From assembly GCA_051251915.1 (NCBI GenBank), contig JBPOGF010000004.1:32001-96000 (forward strand): DNA of 64,000 nucleotides. Reading direction: 5' to 3'. Origin of the DNA: Akkermansiaceae bacterium. Its GTDB lineage: Bacteria > Verrucomicrobiota > Verrucomicrobiia > Verrucomicrobiales > Akkermansiaceae. The position numbers and the translations under genes are program-made. The notes under the pieces are model-generated. The model saw nothing but the letters and a program-made list of their open reading frames with translations. It did no database searches and had not been told where the DNA came from. This document shows, in pieces, positions 20,649-30,650 of the stretch. How positions within the stretch are numbered: the stretch's first letter is position 1; the number at the start of each line of letters is the position of its first letter.

Positions 20649-21548
20649 ATGGCAAACCTCAGAGACATCCGCCGACGGATTAAGTCGGTAAAAAACACAG
20701 CACAGATCACGCGTGCGATGCAACTTGTTGCTGCGGCTAAGATGAAGAAAGCCCAGGATCAAGCACTCGCAGGCCGTGAGTATGCAGACCAGCTCAACCT
20801 AGTCCTCGTTAACCTCAAAGAAAACGTTGATGAAGAATCTCACCCTCTGCTTGAAAAGCGTGAAGGTGATAAAACTCTGACCCTTGTCATTTCTACTGAT
20901 AAAGGTCTCTGTGGTGGACTTAATGCCAACCTTCTTAAATTAGTAAGAAGAGAGCAGAACGAGAACACTACTTACGCTACAGTCGGAAAGAAACTCCGCC
21001 TTCAGCTAGAGAAAACAGGTGAGCCAATCAAGGCTGATTTCATCGTAGCAGATCCAGTCGCGTTTTCAGAAGCGCGTCCTATCGCTAAATTCCTCACTGA
21101 GCAATTCCTTGAGGGAAATTACGATAAGATTAAAGTCTGCTTCACTAACTTCGTTTCTACATTAACTCAGACTCCTCATTGTTCACAGCTTCTTCCTATA
21201 GAGGCTGACAAACTAGCAGAGAAGCGAGACTATGAAGGTGTAGGTAAAGGAGACGACGTTAAAGAAACAAATCATGATTCAGCAATGTCTATGGATTACG
21301 AGTTTGAGCCAAGCCCAGAGGTGGTGCTCGATACTCTTCTTCCTCAGTATTTAAACTTCCAGATCTATCAGATGATCCTAGAGGCTCGCGCTTCTGAGCA
21401 CTCAGCACGTATGGTATCTATGAAGGCTGCTACTGATAATGCGAAGAACATGATCGATGATCTTACCCTTGACTATAACAAGCTTCGTCAGGCTGCTATT
21501 ACTGCTGAGCTTCTCGAAATCACTACTGCGATGAAAGCAATGGAGTAG
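20649..21548 (+). CDS. atpG: F0F1 ATP synthase subunit gamma
   Basis: IRRRIKSVKNTAQITRAM, TDKGLCG, ASEHSARM, RQAAITAELLEI. Confidence 0.98.
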   Translation: MANLRDIRRRIKSVKNTAQITRAMQLVAAAKMKKAQDQALAGREYADQLNLVLVNLKENVDEESHPLLEKREGDKTLTLVISTDKGLCGGLNANLLKLVRREQNENTTYATVGKKLRLQLEKTGEPIKADFIVADPVAFSEARPIAKFLTEQFLEGNYDKIKVCFTNFVSTLTQTPHCSQLLPIEADKLAEKRDYEGVGKGDDVKETNHDSAMSMDYEFEPSPEVVLDTLLPQYLNFQIYQMILEARASEHSARMVSMKAATDNAKNMIDDLTLDYNKLRQAAITAELLEITTAMKAME

Positions 21549-21587
21549 TAAAAGATTTCAACCCAATTCAACTAACAAAAAATTTAA

Positions 21588-23072
<1,485 letters not shown>

Positions 23073-23157
23073 TTTTAATCTAAGGCGGTGGCTACAGAGT
23101 CACCGCCTTAAATTAGCCAATCTAAACTGGCAACTAACAATTTAAAACTTCAACTCC

Positions 23158-23562
23158 ATGCTTCAACTAGAAATCGTAACTCCAGAGAAGAAAATCTTCT
23201 CAGACACAGTCACTGACGTTTACCTACCAGGTGCGGATGGTGAGATGGGTGTGCTTGAATTGCACGCAGCTCTCGTCACTGCACTTCAACCAGGCGAGCT
23301 ACGCTATGAGAAAGACGGACAAGTTCAAGAGCTAGCGATTGGTTCAGGATTTGCAGAGGTCACTCAGGAAAAGGTATCAGTCCTCACAGACTCAGCCTAT
23401 GGCGAAGACGACATTGATGAAGCAGCAGAAGAGGCAGCTATGAAGCGTGCAGAAGAGAAGCTAGCTAAAGTATCTGATGAAGATGCTGAAGAAGCGGCTC
23501 ATCTAGAAACACTCATTGCTACTAATGCAGCAAGACTTCTTCTTAAGCGTAAGAAGAGGTAG
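23158..23562 (+). CDS. atpC: F0F1 ATP synthase subunit epsilon
   Basis: LEIVTPE, GEMGVLELH, GFAEV. Confidence 0.95.
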   Translation: MLQLEIVTPEKKIFSDTVTDVYLPGADGEMGVLELHAALVTALQPGELRYEKDGQVQELAIGSGFAEVTQEKVSVLTDSAYGEDDIDEAAEEAAMKRAEEKLAKVSDEDAEEAAHLETLIATNAARLLLKRKKR

Positions 23563-23626
23563 GGCGAAGCCCTTGTCATTGGTCCATTGGCAATCGTTAA
23601 TGGTCTGATAAGATGAAACATTTATA

Positions 23627-23659
23627 GCCCTCAGCAAGGAAACTTGCTGAGGGTTTTTT
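23627..23659 (+). terminator. atp operon terminator
   Basis: GCCCTCAGCAAG-GAAA-CTTGCTGAGGGT followed by TTTTT. Confidence 0.85.
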
Positions 23660-23704
23660 AGTCTTGTTCAAATATTGAACGAAACCTAGAGCTATTATGG
23701 CAGT

Positions 23705-25033
23705 TTACTGTTGGAGTAATTTTCCTAGATCGGTAGAAGGGTGAAATACGAAGGTATTTCCGTCTTTTTCTTTGGTCAGTAAACCTGCAGATGCTAATTT
23801 TAGTAAATCAGTTCTAGCTGTTTGGTTAGTGATACCATGGCTAGTTTGGTGTGATGCTATGGTGTAAAGTGCATGGCTATTTCTAACAGCATGACTTAGA
23901 AGCGCTTTCTGTCTGTGATTCCACTTCCTCATCCCTATAAGAGACGTTGATAATTCTAACTGTTGGCGTTGCTTCCTACTGATGTATTCGTGTAATGAAG
24001 TTACGGATTTATCCAATGTTTCTAGCTGATGGATGATGAAGTAATTTAGATCATTTTCATCAGTTTCGGTGTATAAAAATGCTCTGTAATACTGGATTGG
24101 AGCTTTGAGTAATTCAGATGAAAGCGAGATGTATTCCATCATCCAGTAGCCATGCTTTAGCATACACCAATAAAATAGAGCTCTAGCGGTTCTTCCATTT
24201 CCGTCGTAGAATGGGTGTTCATAAGCTAGCCAAAAATGTAAGATGATAGATCTAATTATAGGGTGTAAGTAACCTTGCATCTCTGGTGCATTTGCAAAAG
24301 CACATAGTTTTTCCATCCTGTCAGGAAGTAGGTCTGCATCTGGAGGAGAGTGCATGATTTCATTAGTTGTTTGATCAACTACTTGGATATCCTCGGAAGC
24401 AAAGCGATATCTTCCTGAGGCATCTTCTTTAGTCAAAGTGTCTTTGGTCATCAACCGATGAATTTCTAGTATGAGATCTTGCGATAATTCTCGATCCTTT
24501 AGTTCATGGATTTTCTTCATTGTTAGGAAGTTATTTAGAATCATCTGCTCATCTTTATTCTTTGGCTTAGATTTTCTTCTTAACATTTCCCCTGCTATTT
24601 CTCTAGTTACTGAGGCTCCTTCTAGCTGTGATGATGTTATGGATTCTTCAATAAGTGAGGATATATAGTAACGTTTTGAGTCGATATCTACACTATCTGG
24701 CTTGTTGTTAGTGCTGAGGGTTCCTCCACATTTCTTATCCAGTTGATGAATAAGTTCAAACATGTGCTGTGTCAGGTAGAAGACAAAAGGATTATCGTTA
24801 GAGTCTTTAAACGGGAGAAGTTGGTAACGACTATTCCTGTGAAACTTAAGAACTGTCCACCAGTCTTCGGAAGACCAATTTTTAGGTCTATTACGGTATC
24901 TTAGTTTATCCCAATGTAGATATTTTTGCGAATCAGGAAGAGCATCAATGGGGGTATTGATATCAGAGCCAAGTTTATTCAGCGTGTTGGCTAAGAGAGT
25001 CTTCCAGTCAGGTGGTGTTTTTGGGTATTTCAT
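23705..25033 (-). CDS. Fic family protein (N-terminal inhibitory helix, C-terminal HTH)
   Basis: intact catalytic HPFYDGNGRTAR, inhibitory motif SSQLEG, C-terminal TNQTARTDLLKL winged-helix-like segment. Confidence 0.92.
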   Translation of the reverse strand: MKYPKTPPDWKTLLANTLNKLGSDINTPIDALPDSQKYLHWDKLRYRNRPKNWSSEDWWTVLKFHRNSRYQLLPFKDSNDNPFVFYLTQHMFELIHQLDKKCGGTLSTNNKPDSVDIDSKRYYISSLIEESITSSQLEGASVTREIAGEMLRRKSKPKNKDEQMILNNFLTMKKIHELKDRELSQDLILEIHRLMTKDTLTKEDASGRYRFASEDIQVVDQTTNEIMHSPPDADLLPDRMEKLCAFANAPEMQGYLHPIIRSIILHFWLAYEHPFYDGNGRTARALFYWCMLKHGYWMMEYISLSSELLKAPIQYYRAFLYTETDENDLNYFIIHQLETLDKSVTSLHEYISRKQRQQLELSTSLIGMRKWNHRQKALLSHAVRNSHALYTIASHQTSHGITNQTARTDLLKLASAGLLTKEKDGNTFVFHPSTDLGKLLQQ

Positions 25034-25175
25034 TTCCTAATTTAGTAGTAATTAGGAGTAAATTAGCAGTTTAGCTATTTGCAGGCAAGCATTTCCTAAT
25101 TTAGTAGTAATTAGGAGTAAATTAGTAGTTGGTTCGGCAGATGCAGATTACTACTAATTTAGTATTAATTAGGAG
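25031..25175. repeat. direct repeats containing palindromes (putative operators) upstream of fic
   Basis: 41-bp unit at 25031-25071 and 25090-25130 (1 mismatch) plus a partial third copy at 25154-25175; core TCCTAATT-N7-AATTAGGA. Confidence 0.85.
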
Positions 25176-25228
25176 GTAATTAGGAGTTGTTCTAGATTAT
25201 GCTGCTATTACTAGGCTAGCAAAACGAT

Positions 25229-27502
25229 CTAAACTATTTGTAACTCGTAGTCTTTGGTGAGTTGTAGGTGGAGGGTGGTGTCTTTTAGGGTGGGGTGGGT
25301 TACTAGGTGTTGGGAGAGTGAGGTGGTGATGAAGTGGTCTATCTTGCGCTGTAGTGGACGTGCTCCGTATTTGGGGTCGAAGCCTTCTTTTGCGAGGTGG
25401 GTGATGAGGTCTTGGCTGTAGGTGAGGCTGATGTTGCGGTCACGGAGTCCTTCGCGTTGGTTGAGTTCTGTTAGTTCTTTTCTCGCTATTTTCTCTATGA
25501 GTGGTTGGTCTAGTGCGTTGAAGTAGATGACTTGGTCTAGACGATTGAAGAATTCTGGGCGGAAGAATTTTTTGACTACTGATGTGTCAACGCTGGTAGA
25601 TGGGCTATTGGCTTCATTGCCAAATCCGATGTTGTTAGCGAGACCAGCACCTAGGTTAGAGGTCATGATGATGATGGTGCTGTTGAAGTAGGTGCGGCGT
25701 CCGAAGGAGTCTGTTAGGCGCCCTTCGTCGAAGACATTGAGTAGGATGTCGAATACTTCATCGGCAGCTTTTTCAACTTCGTCTAGTAGTAGTATGGTGA
25801 ATGGATTTGAGCGGATCTTGCGGATCATTTCTGATGGCTTGCCGCGTAGCTGGGGGTGACCTAGTAGTCTGGTGGCTGCATCGTAGCCGGCGTATTCGCT
25901 CATGTCTAAGCGGATCAAGCGGTCTTTTTCTACTTTTCCTGAGAAGAGCAGATTTCCGAGTGCTCGGACGATAGCTGTCTTTCCTACGCCAGTAGGTCCG
26001 CAGCAGAGGAAGACACCTAGTGGGCGAGATGGATCATTCATGCCAGCTTTGAAGCGTGAGAGCATGTTGGAGATGACGTTGACTACGGGTTCTTGACCTA
26101 GGACTTGGTTGTTGAGTGTTTGGCGGATTTCTGAGGGCGCTAGGCTTAGCTCGTCATTGAGAAATTCTAGCGGGAGTCCAGTATGCTTGCTAAAGGTGAG
26201 CCAGACTAGATCTGTATCTACTGTGGAGCTGTTAGAGCGCTGGGATTCTTCTTTGAGCCCATCCATGAAATGCATGACCTTGCCGGGGAAGGAGTCATAG
26301 GGTTGGAAGCGTTTAAAGAGTTGGTGGACTATGTCTAGGGCTTCTGGGGCGAAGCTGACTTTGTCTTGCTGGAGTGCTGCGTCTGCGTAGCGTGCTAGGA
26401 TTCTTTTGGTTTGTTCTTCAGTGAAGGTTGGGAGTTGGAGCACTTGGAATTGATCGATGAGTCCGGGGAGTAGTCGGTCACAGGCTTCTAGTTCTTCTGG
26501 TGTGGCTTCTACTACAATGCGGAGTTCTTGATTCTGAATGTAGGGGAGCATGAAGGCAGCAATACTGGACTCTGCTGTTTGGCCTCCTAGTTTGAGCAGC
26601 TCTTGGAGGTTTTCTATGAATAGGGTTCCTTGGAAGTTTGCGAGGTCTGCTACGGCATACTCGAAACGTTCTTCCCACTGACCTAGGTAGCGCATTCCTG
26701 AGATGATGCGTCCTGCGTTGGTGGTCCAGAAGAGTTGTTTTTTCTTGCTGTGTTTACTTTTATTCTTCTGTTGTTTGAGCTCTGCACGTCTTGCGGCTTC
26801 TGTCAAAAGTGATGTTTTTCCACTTCCTGTATTTCCTACGAGAAGGATGCTGTTAGATTCTGCTGAGAGCATGGTTTCTAGCCAGTGCATTTCATGGTCT
26901 CGTTCCCAGGTTCGCTTGGTTTTCTGTGATGTGGTTTTGCTGATGTGGTCGGCAAATTGAGCGAGGCTTTTGACGCAGTCTGTGTCTTCGTAATGTGAGG
27001 TGGATAGTTCTTTGAAGGTGGTGATTATTTCATGGAGTTCAATATGGCTGGGTGGGAGATAGCGGGAGAGTTCTTGGGGGCTTAGACCTTGGGCGAAGGA
27101 TCTTACGTAATGGGTAGCGAGTTCTTCAAATCCTTTTTCATCGTGGTATTCGAAGCTGAGATCCATAGTGGGGATGAAGGCGGTGGGGAGTCCGCTGTCA
27201 CGCTCTCCTAGTATGCAGGGGAGGTTGAGCAGGGTGGAGTCTTTGCTAGCATAGGTGCGGCGGTTTTCTTGGTATTCCGCGATGACTTTTACTTTTAGCT
27301 GGGTGAGTCTAGGCTTGAGGAAGTCGCCTTCTGGTAAGAAGTCATTTTTATGGGCGTATTGGAGGTAATCTTTGATTTGCTGTAATGCTTGTTTCCGTGA
27401 TTTAGAAACAGCAATTACCTCAGAGTCATCTAGCAGGCATGCGGTGTGCAAGCCATTGTGATCTTGCCAAATAGCGGCTTGGTGTCGTTCTACTTTAGCC
27501 AT
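25229..27502 (-). CDS. ClpA/ClpB-family double-AAA+ ATPase, paralogue 3
   Basis: D1 GNTGSGKT; D2 GPTGVGKT, LDMSEY, LLLDEVEKA, IGF loop, RPEFFNRLD, YGARPL. Confidence 0.9.
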   Translation of the reverse strand: MAKVERHQAAIWQDHNGLHTACLLDDSEVIAVSKSRKQALQQIKDYLQYAHKNDFLPEGDFLKPRLTQLKVKVIAEYQENRRTYASKDSTLLNLPCILGERDSGLPTAFIPTMDLSFEYHDEKGFEELATHYVRSFAQGLSPQELSRYLPPSHIELHEIITTFKELSTSHYEDTDCVKSLAQFADHISKTTSQKTKRTWERDHEMHWLETMLSAESNSILLVGNTGSGKTSLLTEAARRAELKQQKNKSKHSKKKQLFWTTNAGRIISGMRYLGQWEERFEYAVADLANFQGTLFIENLQELLKLGGQTAESSIAAFMLPYIQNQELRIVVEATPEELEACDRLLPGLIDQFQVLQLPTFTEEQTKRILARYADAALQQDKVSFAPEALDIVHQLFKRFQPYDSFPGKVMHFMDGLKEESQRSNSSTVDTDLVWLTFSKHTGLPLEFLNDELSLAPSEIRQTLNNQVLGQEPVVNVISNMLSRFKAGMNDPSRPLGVFLCCGPTGVGKTAIVRALGNLLFSGKVEKDRLIRLDMSEYAGYDAATRLLGHPQLRGKPSEMIRKIRSNPFTILLLDEVEKAADEVFDILLNVFDEGRLTDSFGRRTYFNSTIIIMTSNLGAGLANNIGFGNEANSPSTSVDTSVVKKFFRPEFFNRLDQVIYFNALDQPLIEKIARKELTELNQREGLRDRNISLTYSQDLITHLAKEGFDPKYGARPLQRKIDHFITTSLSQHLVTHPTLKDTTLHLQLTKDYELQIV

Positions 27503-30500
27503 GGTTCGGAAGAAGAAGGTTTGAGATTTCAGTGAGTTCTGGAGCTGTGGGGAGGAGCGGGGTGATGAGGCTCCATAGATTGTAGTTTCTGTCTGTGATG
27601 AGTCCTGTGCGAAGATCTAGGGTGTGGCTGAAAGTTTGCAGGCGATGGATGAATTCACTACGATGTTGCTCAGTGCTTTCTTGGAATTGGTAGATGTGCT
27701 GTGCTGCCTTTAATTGAATACCGACTAGGTATTTCATGAGTTTTTGCCCAGCGAGTGCTTCGAATTGATAGTGATTGGTTTTCTTTTTATCGGTCCATTT
27801 TCCATCAGGGAAGCTAGTTGTATAGGTTTCTTGATTCCATGTAGGTCCATCTAGAGCGAGGATGACAGTTTCTATATTCAGGTTCTTTTGTTCTAACAGA
27901 AAGTGGATATGGTTGATTTTGTTGATGAGGTTTTCAGCGGAATAGGCGAGGTAGGTTTGGATTTCGCCAGTCTCGGCTAGTTCGTTGATCCATTGGCTTG
28001 GATTGCTCATCTGGCTGATTTTCTCTAGTGCATTACTTTGCGTTTCTGGGCTGATGCGGACTCTGGTGGAACGGGTTCCAAACCTTGGTGGGATATCAGT
28101 TTTGAAACGCGGGTTGAGCGCTATTTCGTGTTGTGATTGGAGTCTTTGCTGAAGAGTTTTTAGGGAGTTAATTTCTTCAGCTAGCTCGTAGTAGGGGAGC
28201 TTGGATTTGAAGTCGCCGTCTTGTTCACCTAGTAGCTGGAGTCTTTCTTCAGCGCGGTCCATAAAGTCATCACTGCATTCTAAGAGAGTGAGAGCGTGGT
28301 CAGGAGAAATGTCCGAGAAGCCAATGTATTCACGCGTTCTCGCGGTGAATGTCTGGGCTGTGATCTTAGGTGCATTGTTCTGGTCTAGGCTGACGGTGAG
28401 GGTGCTCAAGGCGCTGGGTTTGAACTTCATGAGTGCGTCAGCTAGTGGCTGGACTAGGTAGTTTTCTACTGCTCGGCGGAGTGTTCTAGCTCCGTATTCT
28501 GGGTCGAATCCGTGATCAGTGAGCATTTCATAGACTGGAGGCTCTATCTCTAGTGTGAGCTTGCGCTGGGTGACGCCAAATCGCTTGAGTGCTTTCTGTG
28601 CTAGCCGCTGGACTAGTCCCTGGATGTGGTTGCGGTCTAGGCGGTGGAAGGGGACGATGCGGTCTAGGCGATTGAAAAACTCTGGACGGAAAAATTTCTC
28701 AGCTGCTTGAGTGTAGATGTGGTCTTGCTGTTCTTGGTTTTGCTCGGAGCTAAAGCCCATGTGGCTAGCGTTTGCTGCTGATCCTAGGTTGGAGGTGAGA
28801 ATGATGAGGGTGTTACTAAAGTCTGCAGTCTGTCCAGCAGCGTCTGTTAGGCGAGCCTCGCCTAGGACTTGGAGGAGGAGGTCGAAGACGCTGGGGTGGG
28901 CTTTTTCTATCTCATCAAATAGGACGACGGTGTATGGCTGACGTTTGATGGCGGAGGTGAGTATACCGTGAGGGCGTGCCTCAGTGCCTATGAGACGAGC
29001 GGCGGCGTCTGCTCCGACGTATTCGTTCATGTCGATCCGGAGTAGACGTTCTTCTGTCTCGAAAACGTAGCTGGCTAGAGCTTTGGCGCATTCGGTTTTC
29101 CCTACGCCTGTGGGTCCTAGAAAGAGTAGGCTAGCGAGTGGGCGACTGGGGTCATTGAGCTGGCTCTTGGTGAGGGTGATGGCATTCACCATGGCATCGA
29201 TAGCGGCTTGTTGTCCTACGATGTGCTGATTGAAATAGAGTATGGGCGTGTCATCTGGGTTGTTGTTAGTTTCGATCATTCGCCATGAGATTCCTGATTT
29301 GGCTTTGAAGTGATCTACTGCATTTTTTTCGGTGATTTCTGTGCTCTGGGAAGCGAGCTGCATGAGTGCATCTGCTCCTTTTCCGGGGAATGAGCGTGAG
29401 CGGACGTAGCGCTGCTGGAGTTGCATGATCTTGGGGATGACGCCGGGGGCGAAGGTGCAGTTTTTCTCAGTCTCTAGCATTTGCATCACTCGGATGAGGA
29501 TGCGCTGGGTCTCATCATCACTAGGTTCACGAATGGGGATGATCTGGAAATAATCGGTGAATCCACGGTCGATCTCTTTGAGCTTTCTCCAGGCTTCTGG
29601 AGTGGCTTCGGCGATGATGCGTGGTGGATTTTTTTCGAGTTGAGCCTTGAGCAGGTTTCCGATGCTAAGGTCACTACTGCTAGATTTTCCAGCCTGGAAG
29701 AGTCCTAGAAGGTCATCGAAGTAGGCTACGTGGTTTTTCTTAGTAATGTGGGTAATGATGGCTAGAAAACGTTCTTCCCACTGACCTACATAAGACATCC
29801 CTGAGACCATGCGTTGAGGATTGAGCAGCCAGAACTGCTCGTCTAGCTTGTGGCGCTCGTCGTGTCGCTTGGCGATGAGTTCATGAATGATGGCGGTCTT
29901 GCCTACTTGGCTGGGACCGATGAGGACTACGGGGCGGAGGAGCTGTGTCTGATCAAAGAGTGATGCTATTTCACCGACTAGGGTCTCTCGCATGACAGCA
30001 CGTTTGATTTGCTGGGGATAGAGGCGGTTGATGCAGCGTCCTATCCGTTCTAGCTCGGAGGCGCCGTTAAGTTTCTCAGTGCTACCTAGGCTGGCGAAAA
30101 ACTGGGAGCCTTGGTTAGGGTCAAGCTTCTGCTGGATGTTGTTTTCAATGTCGATGTAGCTGAGGTTGTAGTTCTGAGCATTGGCTATTTCTTCGGGCTG
30201 AGCTTTTCCTTCTTCGCGTTCTTTCTTGCGATAGTATTTAGTAAGTATGGTGGTAGCTCGTTCTTGGATCTGGTCACCACGAAGGAGCTCGAAACTGACT
30301 TCTGGTTGCTTGGGGCAGTAGGCTATACGTCTTTCTAGTGCGGAGAAAACCACGAAGAAAAACTTACCTCTGAAGGTTTGTTTCTTAAGTCGGAGTTCTA
30401 GCTTTAGCAGATGCCGGCTTAGCTCTGGGCTGTAGGAGAGAGTGGTGAGCTCGCTGTGGTTTTGCTTTTTTACTAGAGCTGCAATGTAGCCGCGGAGGTT

Positions 30501-30647
30501 CTGAGTAAGACGCTCTGTGGCGCGGTCTTCACGGAGGTCACTGGCGGTGATCTCTTGATTGAAAATAGGGGAGACTGAATAGTAGGGATCTGCGTCACCG
30601 TCTATGATTTTCTCTATTAGGATGGGTATGGAAAGTTGAGTCAGCAT
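27495..30647 (-). CDS. ClpA/ClpB-family double-AAA+ ATPase, paralogue 2, with C-terminal extension
   Basis: D1 GPSQVGKT; D2 GPTGVGKT, IDMNEY, VLFDEIEKA, MGF loop, RPEFFNRLD, YGARTL. Confidence 0.9.
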   Translation of the reverse strand: MLTQLSIPILIEKIIDGDADPYYSVSPIFNQEITASDLREDRATERLTQNLRGYIAALVKKQNHSELTTLSYSPELSRHLLKLELRLKKQTFRGKFFFVVFSALERRIAYCPKQPEVSFELLRGDQIQERATTILTKYYRKKEREEGKAQPEEIANAQNYNLSYIDIENNIQQKLDPNQGSQFFASLGSTEKLNGASELERIGRCINRLYPQQIKRAVMRETLVGEIASLFDQTQLLRPVVLIGPSQVGKTAIIHELIAKRHDERHKLDEQFWLLNPQRMVSGMSYVGQWEERFLAIITHITKKNHVAYFDDLLGLFQAGKSSSSDLSIGNLLKAQLEKNPPRIIAEATPEAWRKLKEIDRGFTDYFQIIPIREPSDDETQRILIRVMQMLETEKNCTFAPGVIPKIMQLQQRYVRSRSFPGKGADALMQLASQSTEITEKNAVDHFKAKSGISWRMIETNNNPDDTPILYFNQHIVGQQAAIDAMVNAITLTKSQLNDPSRPLASLLFLGPTGVGKTECAKALASYVFETEERLLRIDMNEYVGADAAARLIGTEARPHGILTSAIKRQPYTVVLFDEIEKAHPSVFDLLLQVLGEARLTDAAGQTADFSNTLIILTSNLGSAANASHMGFSSEQNQEQQDHIYTQAAEKFFRPEFFNRLDRIVPFHRLDRNHIQGLVQRLAQKALKRFGVTQRKLTLEIEPPVYEMLTDHGFDPEYGARTLRRAVENYLVQPLADALMKFKPSALSTLTVSLDQNNAPKITAQTFTARTREYIGFSDISPDHALTLLECSDDFMDRAEERLQLLGEQDGDFKSKLPYYELAEEINSLKTLQQRLQSQHEIALNPRFKTDIPPRFGTRSTRVRISPETQSNALEKISQMSNPSQWINELAETGEIQTYLAYSAENLINKINHIHFLLEQKNLNIETVILALDGPTWNQETYTTSFPDGKWTDKKKTNHYQFEALAGQKLMKYLVGIQLKAAQHIYQFQESTEQHRSEFIHRLQTFSHTLDLRTGLITDRNYNLWSLITPLLPTAPELTEISNLLLPNHG

Positions 30648-30650
30648 CGG

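Noticed and set aside
25031..25186. CRISPR array
   Set aside because: Only two full units, an 18-bp gap, a unit that includes the fic start codon, and no cas genes
26560..26620. GGQ tripeptide (LKLGGQT) in the 757-aa ATPase as a release-factor catalytic motif
   Set aside because: It lies just after D1 Walker B, at the position of the Clp VGAG loop, not in an RF domain-3 context
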